A DNA stretch of 64,000 nt from Tubulanus polymorphus. Its lineage: Eukaryota > Animalia > Nemertea. The stretch covers positions 21,820,345 through 21,884,344 of the forward strand of contig NC_134028.1 of the NCBI RefSeq assembly GCF_964204645.1, read 5' to 3'. Under the pieces are notes generated by a model. The model did no database searches. It was not told where the DNA came from and was given only the letters and a program-made list of their open reading frames with translations. The position numbers and the translations under genes were made by a program. Below, piece after piece: positions 50,703-64,000 of the stretch (positions are counted from its first letter, which is position 1; each line of letters opens with the position of its first letter).

Positions 50703-51269
50703 AGTTTCTATACCAGTATCCTGACGTTGACTGAGGGTTTGTACCGGTACAGACAGCAGATTGCGTTTAAGGGTTACTATGCATACACGAGGACGAGACT
50801 GGGCCGCGAAGCCGCCGGCCCGCCAGGCCCGGGTCCGATCTGAGTTCGAATAGAAATCATCTTTTGATGCAAAAGATCCCAACTTACTGTGCATCGGGCT
50901 TACTCAATGTTGCAAGCCCAAACACGACATAATAACAAAGCACATCTAAAACGGTTTGTTCACGAAGAAGCGTTTTTCCGCTTGTGTGCATTGCGGGGTC
51001 AATGACAACTTCCAATTTCGTTGGTTTGGTGATCTCAAAGATCGTGGGAATATTGTGTCTATTCTTTTATGAAACTAGCTAAAACAAAAGTTAGAATATT
51101 CGAGTATGTTCATCCCTGGGAGTACGTTGAATCATTAGCACAGTCATTTAGATCAAGTATATATCATTATCGCAACAACAAACAATTGACTAATGATGCC
51201 ATAATAACATGTTTTATTCAATTTCCACCAGGTCGCATTTAGTACACATTTTCTGCGAATACGGCACAA

Positions 51270-53136
51270 TTATGGTTTATTATCTTTTTCGCGGTTTTTG
51301 AAGGTCAAATAGAAAGTCAGGTCCGGATAGGGTTCCTTGCAGCACGGGTAATATTTCGTGTTCTTTATTGCGCTAGTCTTCATAATTTCATATCTATTGT
51401 GAAACACATAATCAGTAAGGTCGATCGCTTTTTGGTTGTCGAAGAAATTCACATCCAACTGCAACATATTAAAGTATTAATTTACCACATATTTCAATCG
51501 TAGAGCCTCGCTCAAAATGACGGCTAGACAACTATGATATGGTTTATCAAATGATTGTTATCAAATAAATATCAAATAAAGGTCCGCATTTATTGAAACA
51601 CAGTTTACATACCAGAAAACCGTCGTATGTCCATGAGCCGAACTTCAATGCACAAGAAGTAGTTTCACCCTGGTTACCGGGACATAGACTCACTATCAGA
51701 ACCGGTGGGATCCACAACACCTCACCGCTATGTGATACAACTGCCATGGTGTCGTCGGTTATCATCATCCCACCATAACCATTAATATAAGCCCTAATGA
51801 AAAAAAACATATATGAACTTTGGTATATAATTCATTCCCTGAAAGACGTTGAAATTCCAATGAAGTTAATTTTGGTGGTTATGGTTGATCGAAACATAAG
51901 AGTGGCACGGGATGAGACTAAATCACAATTAGACAATTAGGTTTAGTTCAAATATATATTTCAATATTTCCTGTCAAGAAAATGATTAGGTAACTTGCAG
52001 TCTTACAATCAATGGGAATCACGACCCCTGTGGCAATCGAGGATTCCACTTATGACAGGCGAAGATCCAGCAGGTTCGCTAGTCGGTCGTCCGCGTTCGA
52101 TTTCTTCTACATTTCAATTAAAACTGAATGAAATTTTTCTTAAACAATTTTCTTAAATAATCATTGAAGGAAACTATACCGATATTACGATGGTGACATG
52201 GTGAGAGATAGTATTTTTCGTGGGAACGAATTAATCATCTCGAAATAGCCACGAAATATGTTTCGTTCCCGCGAAAAGATTATTTCGTTCCTATTATTTC
52301 CTGGGTACGCACTTGTTGTACAGGACAACGTCCGGCTTCCAAATGTAATGGATTGGAATTCTAATCTCTGTAATACCACCGAATTCTGCCGGGTCCCATT
52401 TCAAAAACTCGTCCTTCCAACTCTGAAACGGTACAATACGTACGTTAGTCACCGAGTCTCGGACTGATAAAAAGGATCTATACTTTTATACCCACCATTC
52501 GAAGCCATGCATTCAACGACAAAGCTGATAGCTTGTGGTTCTGAAATCAATAAAACAGGCAATAAGATGATATAAGATAGAATCGGATTAGTATCATCGG
52601 ACCACTCGAGATGAAACTACAAACTTACAATTTCATTTATATGAATTAACGCTAATCCAACATCGACTTTCATCGTCTCATTTGGTTGTTTTACAGGTCG
52701 AGCAATTTTACCTGCTTTTTCATAACCATCTTTTATTGCTTTGATCAACTTCGCTTCAGGGTTCATTGATTCCACTTGATTTCAAAAGATTGGAGGAAAT
52801 CATATATAGTTGTCGTAATCATATGCGTCAATGCGAATATTTATTTGAAATACATAATGAAAAAAGCTTTTGGTCGTCGATTCATCAGTTGTATATGTGA
52901 CATATTTGTTAAATGAATACCCTCACGTCGGCTGCGGCCATGTTTAAAACAAAATCGTGTTCGGCTCTTTTTGATATTCCATTTATTATTACTATTATTT
53001 TTTATTTACGAATATCTTGCCTAAAACGACCCGAATCAGCAAGCACGCCTTAGATCATTAGATTGGAACTTGAATATCCCTCACCTGATACAAAACAGCT
53101 CAGAAGAATGAGTAATCCGACCGTTGTAACTGCCAT
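51270..53136 (-). CDS. AChBP: Secreted acetylcholine-binding-protein-like (nAChR ligand-binding domain only), copy 1, 240 aa
   Basis: Exons 53085-53136 (signal peptide MAVTTVGLLILLSCFVS), 52629-52774, 52496-52540 (loop D NAWLRM), 52313-52422 ([20 protein letters not shown]), 51613-51793 (C-x9-[10 protein letters not shown]), 51270-51458 (loop [12 protein letters not shown], then stop). No TM helices; poly(A) signal at ~51213. Confidence 0.9.
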
Positions 53137-53206
53137 CGTGGAAGCAAGTTTAAAACGTCTGTCTCTCACACTCTGTCGATCTCAAATAAGCCTCCGGTAG
53201 ACCCAG

Positions 53207-53212
53207 TTTATA
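53207..53212 (-). promoter_or_regulatory. Candidate TATA box of AChBP copy 1 (conserved at 57742-57747 and 61315-61320)
   Basis: TATAAA 71 nt upstream of the ATG in all three complete copies. Confidence 0.6.
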
Positions 53213-54020
53213 GTCGTGTTTTTTTGCAGATTCTTCACATGTGCAATGTTTTTATTCCGCAATTTAGAGAAAATTGGATCGCATTTGACGTATAAATTAC
53301 ACACAAAACATCATATACAATTATCCACAATAGCGATAGAAAATTGGGTATTATGCCAGTTTGTCCCCGATCAGTAACATCTCATCATTTAAGTTAATTT
53401 ATGGGTTTCTGTGAAACATGGGGTAGCGATCAATGGGGCCCCATCTGGGGTAACATCATATTTATCAAACCGGGGTGTTTTGATATCAGATATTGATGTC
53501 GATAAACGTGGGCATAGTTTTATCAATTGATTTAGAAGAGCCGGCTAAGAGATTGCTTTAAATTCCGAGATATTAGTAACTAAAGTTTTAAAGTGGGCCG
53601 CCGGATCATGCGGGTACCAGTCAAACGGAAACCCTCACTTGCCAAGGGTCAGTATCGTTAACGAACTCACGAAAAGAGTCACGTGATGCTTGTCGGATTG
53701 TCAATTCCTACTTACCAGAGATGGATTTAGCGAATATTTCAAATAAAACTTAGTCTAGAGCCAAACTAACCAGACTAGCGCGCGGCTAGCTATTTAGCCT
53801 GCTCAAGGTTAACAACAATAATAATAAGTCTAGTATGTTTTTACTGATAATACGTTTATTCGAGTATGTTGTCCTTAGTATATTGATCATATTCAATCGA
53901 TCGCTTTCCATTGTTAAGCTTCATAAAATCAATAGTAATCATAAAATCATTAAGTGAAGTTTCCTGGTCGATGAGTCTCAATTACACGAAAGCCGACGTT
54001 TTATACATATTTTCCGCGTA

Positions 54021-57000
54021 TTAAAATTTGCGGTTTTTGAAGGTCAGTTCGAACAACAGGTCCGGATAGGGTTCCTTGCAGCACGGGTAATATTTCGTAT
54101 TTTTTGCGGCGTTTGTCTTCATAAGTTCGTATCTGTGGTCAGGAATATAATCGTTCGTATCGATTAATTTCTTTTTTTCGAAGAAATCAATATCCAACTA
54201 CAAAATAGAAAATTATAGGTCATTATCAACAAACCACTTTTCAATCGCTAGCCGCCATTTTGTTAGGGTACCGATACTTTCTCCTCTATTGTTGAGCCTT
54301 GTAAACTATTTGTAATGTAATGAGTATTCTACAGGTCGTCTCAGAAGTTCATTGACTATGATTTAAATATTTTTTGGCGGGTAAATATTTTTTTTTATAG
54401 AAGCCATGCGTACCTGAGCACAAGCCGCCTTTGAATGTCCATTAAAATGGTGTGGGATAAAAAAACCCACGGATTTTGTTCCATATGACCCGCAGCAAGA
54501 TTCCGTGGTAGCTAAAAATGTTTGTAATATTGTGTGCGTTGCTGGTGTTTCTTTATGGAGTGCCAGACAACAAACGATGTAGTAAGAATAACTGAAGTTG
54601 TTGTTTGATGCTGTTTGATGCTTTAATCTATCAGCGCTGACCATAAATCAGCCTGGTGTAAAATAATTATTTCTCGGTTCTTCTGCTGCGACATTCAGAA
54701 ATCTTTATATAAAACTCCAGAATAAACGGAACCAAATTTGGTTGGGTCGGAACAATGAGGTGTATTTATAATGTGACTCGTGAAGGGATCATGCTGTAAC
54801 TTCTTGATACTCCCGGCTACTTACTATAAAAGGAAAAAAACGGAAGTATAGGGGGACATTGTTGTTTTACTTTATCCTGTATTTTAATAGAATTAGTTTA
54901 ATTATAGATAAAAATTAGTATAACGACTGTAGAATAATTTTAGGATTGATAATTAATCACAATGTATTTCCGAATCAAAAGTAATATTAATAATTCAAAA
55001 AAATGAAACAATGAGTTTGTACCGTAATTTTTGATGAATATTAAATTTTGAAAATATGTTTAATTTTAGTAATCTGGATGTTATTTAAGAACAAAATGTT
55101 AATAATTGCTAAAGTTTTAGGAAAATCAATTTGGTGTTAAATGTAAATACTGGCTATCAGAAGTTTCTCTTGTTGTATACGTCTGGTGGTAATAGCTTTT
55201 CTCTCAACGATGATAAGCAAAGAGTGAGTAAATCATTCCACATCATGGCAGGGGGGTTGGAAGGAAAAAGTTAGTCTAGCAAATCAGTTTTAAAAATAAT
55301 TTTAGATCAGCGAATCATTAGGGCTAAATTCTACATGACCAAAACAGTCATGTTGAGTGGGAGGCTCGGGATTTTAGGAATGCCGATTCTTTCTACAAAA
55401 GGGGTCCGCAGTCTTGGGAGAGCAGACTTGTTTCAGACTCGATTCGAGACTGCTATCCGGAGGTTTGGATTTTTCAAAAAAATTGCGAAAGTTACCAGCG
55501 GGCGTATGCGATAAGGAAACTCTGAGCTAGGTTGGCATTACTATTGTCAGTGGGACAAGGAAATTTGAGGTAAATAAAATTCAGTCATTATTATTATCAG
55601 TCAATATCCGGCCTTTCTAGTTTTTATTTTGGGCTTGTGCGCGGACACGTTCCCTCACCACATCTTTACATTTAATAATTTACGATTTAAGAGAGAATTG
55701 TGACCGGTGTATCAATTATGTATGTTCATTGTTTGTTAAATGGCCAGCTGCCAGTTGAGACCGGGTGTTTCCTGTGGGGGGATCGTAAAACCACGGTATT
55801 CAAAACACCATCGGCAGGAATCGAGGACTTACATGTTCGGGAATCTGATGTGTCAAAATCCTGTGAGGGAAATAAGGCTTCGAGCTAAACCGTCCATTTG
55901 TAAAATTGGTTAGAATATTGAACAATTCCGGAGCAGCCTAATTAGTGAAACGGATCAACAATTTTATTTAGGAGAAATCTTTCTTAGTGTTGATTCAATT
56001 CTTATGTTTCAAATCATGCCCATTTATCAATGAACGTACACAATGCAATGATCCTCATTTCTTGTATTGGTTCGACTTCATTTTCATGTAAATTCAAAAA
56101 CACGCCATTATTCAGCCATACATGACTTATTTTTGCACTTAAAAATCTCATCCTCGAGCAAGCATCCAGATCTACAAACCTTATTCCCCCCATCAAAAAT
56201 TATTCCAATCATATAGTTAATGAAAAATAAATTTTTATGCTACGGTAACACATTTTAAGACACCTATATTATATTCCACCCACCATTTGATGGATTTTGA
56301 CGTGTAACCGTCTGGATCTGTACGTTATCTAAATTTGCTGCAATCAACATCGGAGTAGACAAAAGTATGTTATCAACATTTCAAGTCGCGGTTTGTTACT
56401 TCATTTCACTGAAGTGTGACAAGACGTATGGTTTAAGACACTCTTTGAACGATTAGGCATAGATTAGGATCGAACATACTCTAATAAGGGTGGCTAGTGC
56501 TGCATGGGTGGTTCTTAAACGCAGTCTAGATAATGTATTGAATATCAAATATAGGTCCGTATTTATTGAAATACAGTTTACTTACCAGAAAACCGTCGTA
56601 TGTCCACGAACCGAACTTCAATGTACAAGAAGTAGTTTCACCCTGGTTACCGGGACATAAACTCACTATCAGAACCGGCGGGACCCACAACACGTCACCG
56701 CTAGAAAATACGACTGCCATGGCGTCTTCGGTTATCATCATACCACCATAACCATCAATATAAGCCCTAATGATAAAATACTGATATATGAGTTTTAAAA
56801 AGGCTGACATTTTCTAAAGGAAAGTTGTGTATTTTTGCTACGCACTTGTTGTACAGGACGATGTCTGGTTTCCAAATGTAATGGATGGGAATTCTTATAA
56901 CATCTATACCATCGAACTTTGCCGGGTCCCATATCAAAAACTCGTCCTTCCAACTCTGAAACGGTACTATACGTACGTTAGTCACCGAGTCTCGGACTGA

Positions 57001-57671
57001 TAAAATGGATGTATACTTTTAAACCCACCATTCGAAGCCATGCATTCAACGACAAAGCTGATAGCTTGTGGTTCTGAAATCAATAAAACAGGCAATAAGA
57101 CGATATAAGATAGAATCGGATTAGTATCATCGGACCACTCGAGATGAAACTACAAACTTACCATTTCATTTATATGAATTAACGCTAATCCGACATCGAC
57201 TTTCATCGTCTCGTTTAGTTGTTTTACAGGTCGAGCAATTTTACCTGCTTTTTCATAACCATCTTTTATTGCTTTGATCAGCTTCGCTTCAGGGTTCATT
57301 AATTCAACTTGATTTCAAAAAGATTGGAAGAAATCACATATAGTTGTCGTAATCATATGCGTCAATGCGAATATTTATTTGAAACGCATAATGAAAAAAG
57401 CTTTTGGTCGTCCTTTCGTCAGTTGTATATATGTCATTTTTGTAAAATGAATACCCTCATGTTGGCTGCGGCCATGTTTAATAACAAAATCGTGTTCGGC
57501 TCTATTGGATATTCCATTTATTATTACTATTATTACTTATTTAAGAATATCTTGCCTAAAACGGCCCGAATCAGCAAGCACGCCTTAGATCATTAGATTG
57601 GAACTTGAATATCTCTCACCTGATACAAAACAGCTCAGAAGAATGAGTAATCCGACCGTTGTAACTGCCAT
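54021..57671 (-). CDS. AChBP: AChBP-like, copy 2
   Basis: Exons 57620-57671, 57162-57307, 57029-57073, 56846-56955, 56586-56766, 54021-54197; exons 1-5 are the same size as in copy 1 and the frame is intact. Confidence 0.9.
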
Positions 57672-58344
57672 AGTGGAAGCAAGTTTAAAACGTATGTCTC
57701 TCACACTCTGTCGATCTCAAATAAACCCCTGGTAGAACCAGTTTATAGTCGTGTTTTTTGCAGATTCTGCACATGCGCAATGTTTTTATTCCGTAAATTA
57801 GAGATAATTGGATCGCAAAAAATCACTATACAATTATCCACAATAGCGACAGAAATGTCGGATATTATAACTGTTTGCCCTACGATCAGAAACATCTCGT
57901 CATTTATAAAAATCAATTCATTCTTGAGGATGAAAAGAGTCACGTGATGCTTGTCGGGTTGCCATTTAATACTTATTGAAGATAGCTTAAGAGAAAAATT
58001 CAAATAAAACTTAGTCTAAGTCTAGAGCTAAACTAACCCGACTAGCGGCTAGCTATTTAGCCTGCTCAAGGTTACTAAATACTACGAGTCCATTTGTGTT
58101 AATTCCCTACGTATGTTTGGCGATCTCTCAAAAAGGATAGATTTTTTCTACACGTATAGGATCTCAAAACATAATGCTTCATCACGTATTTTATTGGCAT
58201 TATCGAGTCTTCAATCATGTATTTTTGATGCGTTGGTAATCATGTATGGATGTATTTTGTTATGCCTTGGTCGTCAAAGATGACAATGGCACATTCTCAA
58301 TGTATTCGATGCTTCTTTTAGACTGTTTTCCACAGATAAGCGCC

Positions 58345-58620
58345 GATGAACTGACACTGAAGTTTAAGGTTCTTAAGATTCATACAAATGCATCCACCTT
58401 GCTCCACCCTACCTACATACAAAACCGAATTCAACTTTGCACAAAGCCGTTCATTACGATCCCCAGGAAAACTTCTTCCGTCCCAACCAAGAAGCAGACC
58501 GACGTCGTTTGGTGATTGTTCTTTTTCTAATGTTGCTTCACACAATGTGGAATAGGCTCCCTTCTGTTGGGGCGTCAGACAGTTTTAGCGATGCGTCAAA
58601 AACAAATTTTTTGTCTGTTT
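58345..58620 (+). mobile_element. Degenerate 3' fragment of an L2/CR1-like LINE
   Basis: Frameshifted translation LKFKVL...PTYI...VP...TSFGDCSFS...MWNRLPS resembles the L2 ORF2 C-terminal motifs. Confidence 0.5.
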
Positions 58621-58908
58621 GAAACCTACGTAACATATACACACTGTCTTTGATCGCATCACGTGGAAACAGGAACTATATATAATACAATCAAAACAAT
58701 AATGATAAAGTCTAATATGTTTTTACTGATAATACGTTTATTCGAGTATGGTTTCCTTTGTATGTTAATCATATTCAATCGATCGTTTTCCATTGTCAAG
58801 CTTCAAAAATCAATTGTATTCATAATAAAATCATAACGTGAAGTTTCCTGATTGATGAGACTCAATTACGCGAAAGCCGACGTTTTATCAAATTTTCCGC
58901 GATTAAAA

Positions 58909-61244
58909 TTACGGGTTGTTATTTTTTTTGCGGTTTTTGAAGGTCAGCTCAAACATCAGGTCCGGATAGGGTTCCTTGCAGCACGGGTAATATTTCGTAT
59001 TTTTGGCGGCGTTTGTCTTCATAAGTTCGTATCTGTGGTCAGGAATATAATCGTTCGTATCGATTGATTTCTTTTTTTCAAAGAAATCAATATCCAACTA
59101 CAAAATAGAAAATTATAGATCATTATCGACAAACCATTTTTTAATTGCTAGCCGCCATTTTGTTAGGGTACCGATACTTTCTCCTCTACTGTTGGGTCCT
59201 TGTAAACTATTTGTAATGTACTGAGTATTTTACAGGTCGTCTCAGAAGATTCATTAACTATGATTCTAATATTTTTTGCGGGTAACGTTGGTAGAAGCAT
59301 GCACAAGCTGCCTTTGAAAGGCCATTAAAATGGAGTGGGACCAAAAACCACGGACATAGTTCCATTATGTACGTTTATTGTTAAATGACCAGCTGCCAGT
59401 TGAGACCGGGGGTTTCCTGTGGGGGATCGTAAAACCAAGGTATTCAAAACACCACCGGCAGGAATCGAGGACTTATGTTCTGGAATCTGGTGTGTCAAAA
59501 TTCAGTTAGGGAAATAAGACGTCGAGCTAAACCGTCCATTGGTAAAATTGGTTAGAATATTGAACAATTCCGGAGCAGCCTAATTAGTAAAGCGGATCAA
59601 CAATTTAATTTAGGAGAAATCTTTCTTAGTGTTGATTTAATTTCTATGTTTCAAATCATGTCCATTTATCAATGAACGTACACAATGCAATGATCCTCAT
59701 TTCTTGTATTGGTTCGACTCCATTTTCATGGTAATTCAAAAACACGCTATTATTTAGCCATACATGACTTATTTTTGCATTTCAACATCTCATCCTCGAG
59801 CAAGCATCCAGGTCTACAAACCTTATCCCCCCACAAAAATTATTCCAATCATCTAGTTAATAAATAATTAATCTTTATGCTACGGTATTACATTTTAAGA
59901 TACGCTATATTATATTTCACCCACCCGTTGATGGATTTTGACATATAAGCGTAAATTTGCTACAATCAACATCGGAGTCAACAAATGTATATTATCAAGA
60001 TTTCAAGTCGCGGTATGTTACTTCATTTCACTAAAGGGTGACAAGGCGTATGGTTTAAGGCACTCTTTGAACGATTAGGCCTAGATTAGGATAGAACATA
60101 CATACTCTAATAAGGGTAGTTAGTGCTGGTGGTTCTTAAATGCAGTTTAGATTATGTATCAAATATCAAATATAGGTCCGTATTTATTGAAATACAGTTT
60201 ACTTACCAGAAAACCGTCGTATGTCCACGAGCCGAACTTCAATGTACAAGAAGTAGTTTCACCCTGAGCCCCGGGACACAGACTCACTATCAGAACCGGC
60301 GGGATCCACAACACGTGACCGCTAGAAAATACGACTGCCATGGCGTCTTCGGTTATCATCATCCCACCATAACCATCAATATAAGCTCTAATGATAAAAT
60401 ACTGATATATGAGTTTTAAAAAGGCTGACATTTTTAAAGGAAAGTTGTGTATATTTGCTACGCACTTGTTGTACAGGACAATGTCTGGTTTCCAAATGAA
60501 ATGGATGGGAATTCTTATAACATCGATACCATCGAACTCAGCCGGGTCCCATTTCAAAAACTCGTCCTTCCAACTCTGAAACGGTACTATATCTACGTTA
60601 GTCATCGAGTCTCAGACTGATGAAAAGGATGTATACTTTCAAACTCACCATTCGTAACCATGCATTCAACGACAAAGCTGATAGCTCGTGGTTCTGAAAT
60701 CAATAAAACAGGCAATAAGATGATATAAGATAGAATCGGATTAGTATCATCGGACCACTCGAGATGAAACTACAAACTAACCATTTCATTTATATGAATC
60801 AACGCTAATCCGACGTCGACTTTCATCGTCTCGTTTGGTTGTTTTACAGGTCGAGCAATTTTACCTGCTTTTTCATAACCATCTTTTATTGATTTGATCA
60901 ACTTCGCTTCAGAGTTCATTAATTCCACTTGATTTCATCAACAATTATAAGAAATCATGTGTTAGATTACATATTTTGTAATCAGGTATTTTGATTATAT
61001 TCGAAACTAAATTTTAAGCAATGCCACAAAGAACCCATTGTAAGACATGTATGCATTTCTCTTTTCTCGTAGCGAGAAATGAAAAGAAAAATTTTTATTC
61101 GGCGCCATTTCAATTTACCGGGAATTCATTTACAGTGGCCCGAATCAGCCGGCACATATCAGATCGTTAGATTGGAACTGGAAATATCTCACCTGATACA
61201 AAACAGCTCAGAAAAATGAGTAATCCGACCGTTGTGACTGCCAT
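58909..61244 (-). CDS. AChBP: AChBP-like, copy 3
   Basis: Exons 61193-61244, 60782-60927, 60649-60693, 60466-60575, 60207-60387, 58909-59097; intact. Confidence 0.9.
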
Positions 61245-63027
61245 CGTGGAAGCAAGCTTAAAACGTCTGTCTCTCACACTCTGTCGATATCAAATAAACC
61301 CCTGGTAGACCCAGTTTATAGATATGTTTTTGCAGACTCTTATTTTTTCACATGCGGTCGCGTTATTACGTAATCTAGAGGGAATTGGATCGAATTTGGC
61401 CTATAGATTACCGTTAACGATGTGATAACAACTATTCACAATTCAGCGATAGACTTGTCGGAAGGATATTTGTCAGCTTGTTTTCTGTTTATACACCCTA
61501 TAATTATCAAAAATTAATGCTTATCGAGTTGACGAATACCACGTTGCAGAGATGGATTTAGGGGGTTGTCGGCGGGATCCTAATGAAGTTGCCATTTTAG
61601 TCAATACAACCATCTTCAGACTCCTCAAACCTGCAAATTTTACTCTGATATAGATATTGCAACTCTCCTAGTTCTGTCCTGCTTGCCATCCCCTTGGAAA
61701 ACGTGGATAAAGCATTCGAGGGTTTCCCACGTAAACGTGTACTGGTGCTTCTTTCTTTGACTCGTCGTTAATTTCTATCCAACACCTTATTTAGTCTAGA
61801 GCCCGACAAACCAGACTAGTAGATTAGCTATTTAGCCAGCTCGAGGTCAAATACTATAAAAGTCAATTATTTGAGTGTATTTTCATTTACTATACCAATC
61901 TGGGGTGATCGCTTCCTTGGCCCCTCCCCTGCATGCGTCCATACTAAATGAACGACCCTATATAATGCTATTTGATGTATTCTGTTTATTTAACTCATAT
62001 CTTAGGGGATTAATTTCCCCCTTCCCGCCATTTGTAGTTTTGTAAATCTGAATGTGTGAATGTGTGTATGCTTGATGAGTATATGTGTGTTTTGAATGCG
62101 TGTGAGGGATAGGTGTCTCATACCCGACAAGCAACCTTGCTTTAAATGAGCACCTACCACTGATATTGGAATATCCTTTATAAATATAAAATTTGTTACA
62201 ATTTCTTGTGGAAATAAAATATTATTATTATTATTAATCCATTCATTGATTTTGGGTACATGGAGTTGCAACCAGACTAAGGCCGCGACACAGCCAGCCA
62301 GTATAACAATTCTCTATGTTTGGCGATCTCCCAAAAATCATCGGTGTGTAAAGGGTTTATTTTTTTCTACACCTACTTTCTACTTTGTACAGCTTCATCA
62401 CTTATTCTATTGGCATATTCCTGTCTTAAGTATTTTTAATGTGTTGATAATCCCGCATGGATGTATTTTGTTTATAACATGTGCCTTGGTCGTTGAAGAT
62501 GACAAAGATGCATTCTCAAAGTATTCGCATGCTTCATTTAGATTAACTGGTTTTCTGCAGTTAGGCGCCGATTATCATCATCACCATCCTGGTAATAACC
62601 AGCCTCAATCAACAGTAAAACTAATACGCCTGTGGTTAATTATTAATTATTCTGCTGGTACACAGGTTGGCGCAATGATGGTGGGGATAGATTTGAGAGG
62701 CCAGTTGTAGCTCGAATCCTGGGAGTTCGTTCGTGTACTAACTCGATCCCTCGCGTCAGAAATCTATGTTTCGTACAAACATTAAAGTTACTTACACATC
62801 AACTGTCGCTGAAGTCTAATATATGTTCACTAATAATACGTTTATTCGAGCATGGTTTCCCTTGTATATTGATCTCGTATATAACGCTTAATGAACATGT
62901 AGAATTGATCATTTTATTTTCAATAATATATATAACAATATCATTAGGCGAAGTGTGATTCCAGCTTGATGAGTCTGGATTTCACGGGCTTACTTTTCAT
63001 ACGCATTTTCTGCGAGTACTATTAGGG

Positions 63028-63966
63028 TTAGTTATCGTTTTCGCGAGTTTTGAAGGTCAATTTGAACACCAGGTCCGGATAGGGTTCCTTGCAGCACGGG
63101 TAATATTTCGTATTTTTGACGGCGCTAGTCTTCATAATTTCGTATCTGTGGTCAGGAATATAATCGGTCGTATCGATTAATTCTTTACCGTCGAAGAAAT
63201 TCACATCCAACTACAAAATAGAAAGGAGTTGATTGATAACTAAACTAAATTAAACATCGTTTGATATTCGGCTCAGTAAAATGCCTATGCACGTACTCTA
63301 TTATCAATTTCTTCATACAAACATGTCATGCCTCATTTCATGTATCATATCAACTGTTTAATAGTTTTATGTTTTTGCGTATAGACACCACTTGGCTTGG
63401 TCCAAAGTTGTTACAGCCTGTGGGCTGTGTGACTGCTCCCTCACTTATTTATGTAAACTCTGCATATACTTTTTCATTTCAGTATTAGATAATGGTAGCT
63501 AGCATGGGTGGTTATTAAACGCAGTTTATATACTCTATGATTATGCGATGAATATCAAATATAGGTCCGCATCTATTGAAACACAGTTTACTCACTAGAA
63601 AACCGTCGTATGTCCATGAACCGAACTTCAATGCACAAGAAGTAGTTTCACCCTGGTTACCGGAACATAGACTCACTATCAGAACCGGTGGGATCCACAA
63701 CACCTCACCGCCATATGACACAACTGCCATGGTGTGTTCGGTTATTTTCATTCCACCATAACCATTAACATTAGCCCTAATAATAAAATACCGATATACG
63801 AGTTTTGATAAGCGTCACATTTCTAAACGAAAGTTTTGTTAATTTCGGCTACGCACTTGTTGTACAGGACGATGTCCGGTTGCCAAATGTAATGAATTGG
63901 AATTCTAATATCTTTAATACCATCGAACTCTGCCGGGTCCCATTTCAAAAACTCATCCTTCCAACT
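63028..63966 (-). CDS. AChBP: AChBP-like, copy 4 (5' exons lie beyond the window)
   Basis: Exons 63857-63966, 63596-63776, 63028-63210, with the same motifs and a stop after loop C. Confidence 0.88.
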
Positions 63967-64000
63967 CTGAAACAGTATCATGCATTAGCCATCGAGTCTT

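Noticed and set aside
51270-63966. Interpretation as fragments of membrane nAChR alpha subunits or pseudogenes
   Set aside because: Each copy has a stop right after loop C, a poly(A) signal, intact frames and a hydrophilic Cys-loop; no TM exons lie between copies.

Overview
AT-rich, intron-rich eukaryotic DNA, probably from a marine lophotrochozoan invertebrate (inferred from AChBP-type genes and the TE repertoire; not provable from the sequence). Left to right: the 5' coding exon of a heparan sulfate N-deacetylase/N-sulfotransferase (NDST, minus, runs off the left edge); a complete 25-coding-exon TRPM channel (minus, 3736-20663) with no C-terminal enzyme domain; a 6.9-kb foldback-type DNA element (21272-28128) with TIRs, inverted 30-bp subterminal arrays and a decayed multi-exon UIM-OTU-PHD cargo gene; a long-chain acyl-CoA synthetase (ACSL, plus, 29830-39891); RNPS1 (minus, 44708-48906); and at least four tandem secreted acetylcholine-binding-protein-like genes (minus, 51270 to beyond 64000). 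The most striking signal is in ACSL: three tandem, homologous 73-nt exons each encode the EGYGQTE adenylate motif and the adjacent pocket-lining strand, and the reading frame allows only one to be included. Other highlights: a shortened C-x9-C Cys-loop in all AChBPs, an apparently chimeric middle AChBP copy, Penelope-like palindromes with hammerhead-ribozyme cores, and tandem amplification of a TRPM exon end with its splice donor. All exon models were built by eye from GT-AG sites and frame continuity; no database searches were run.
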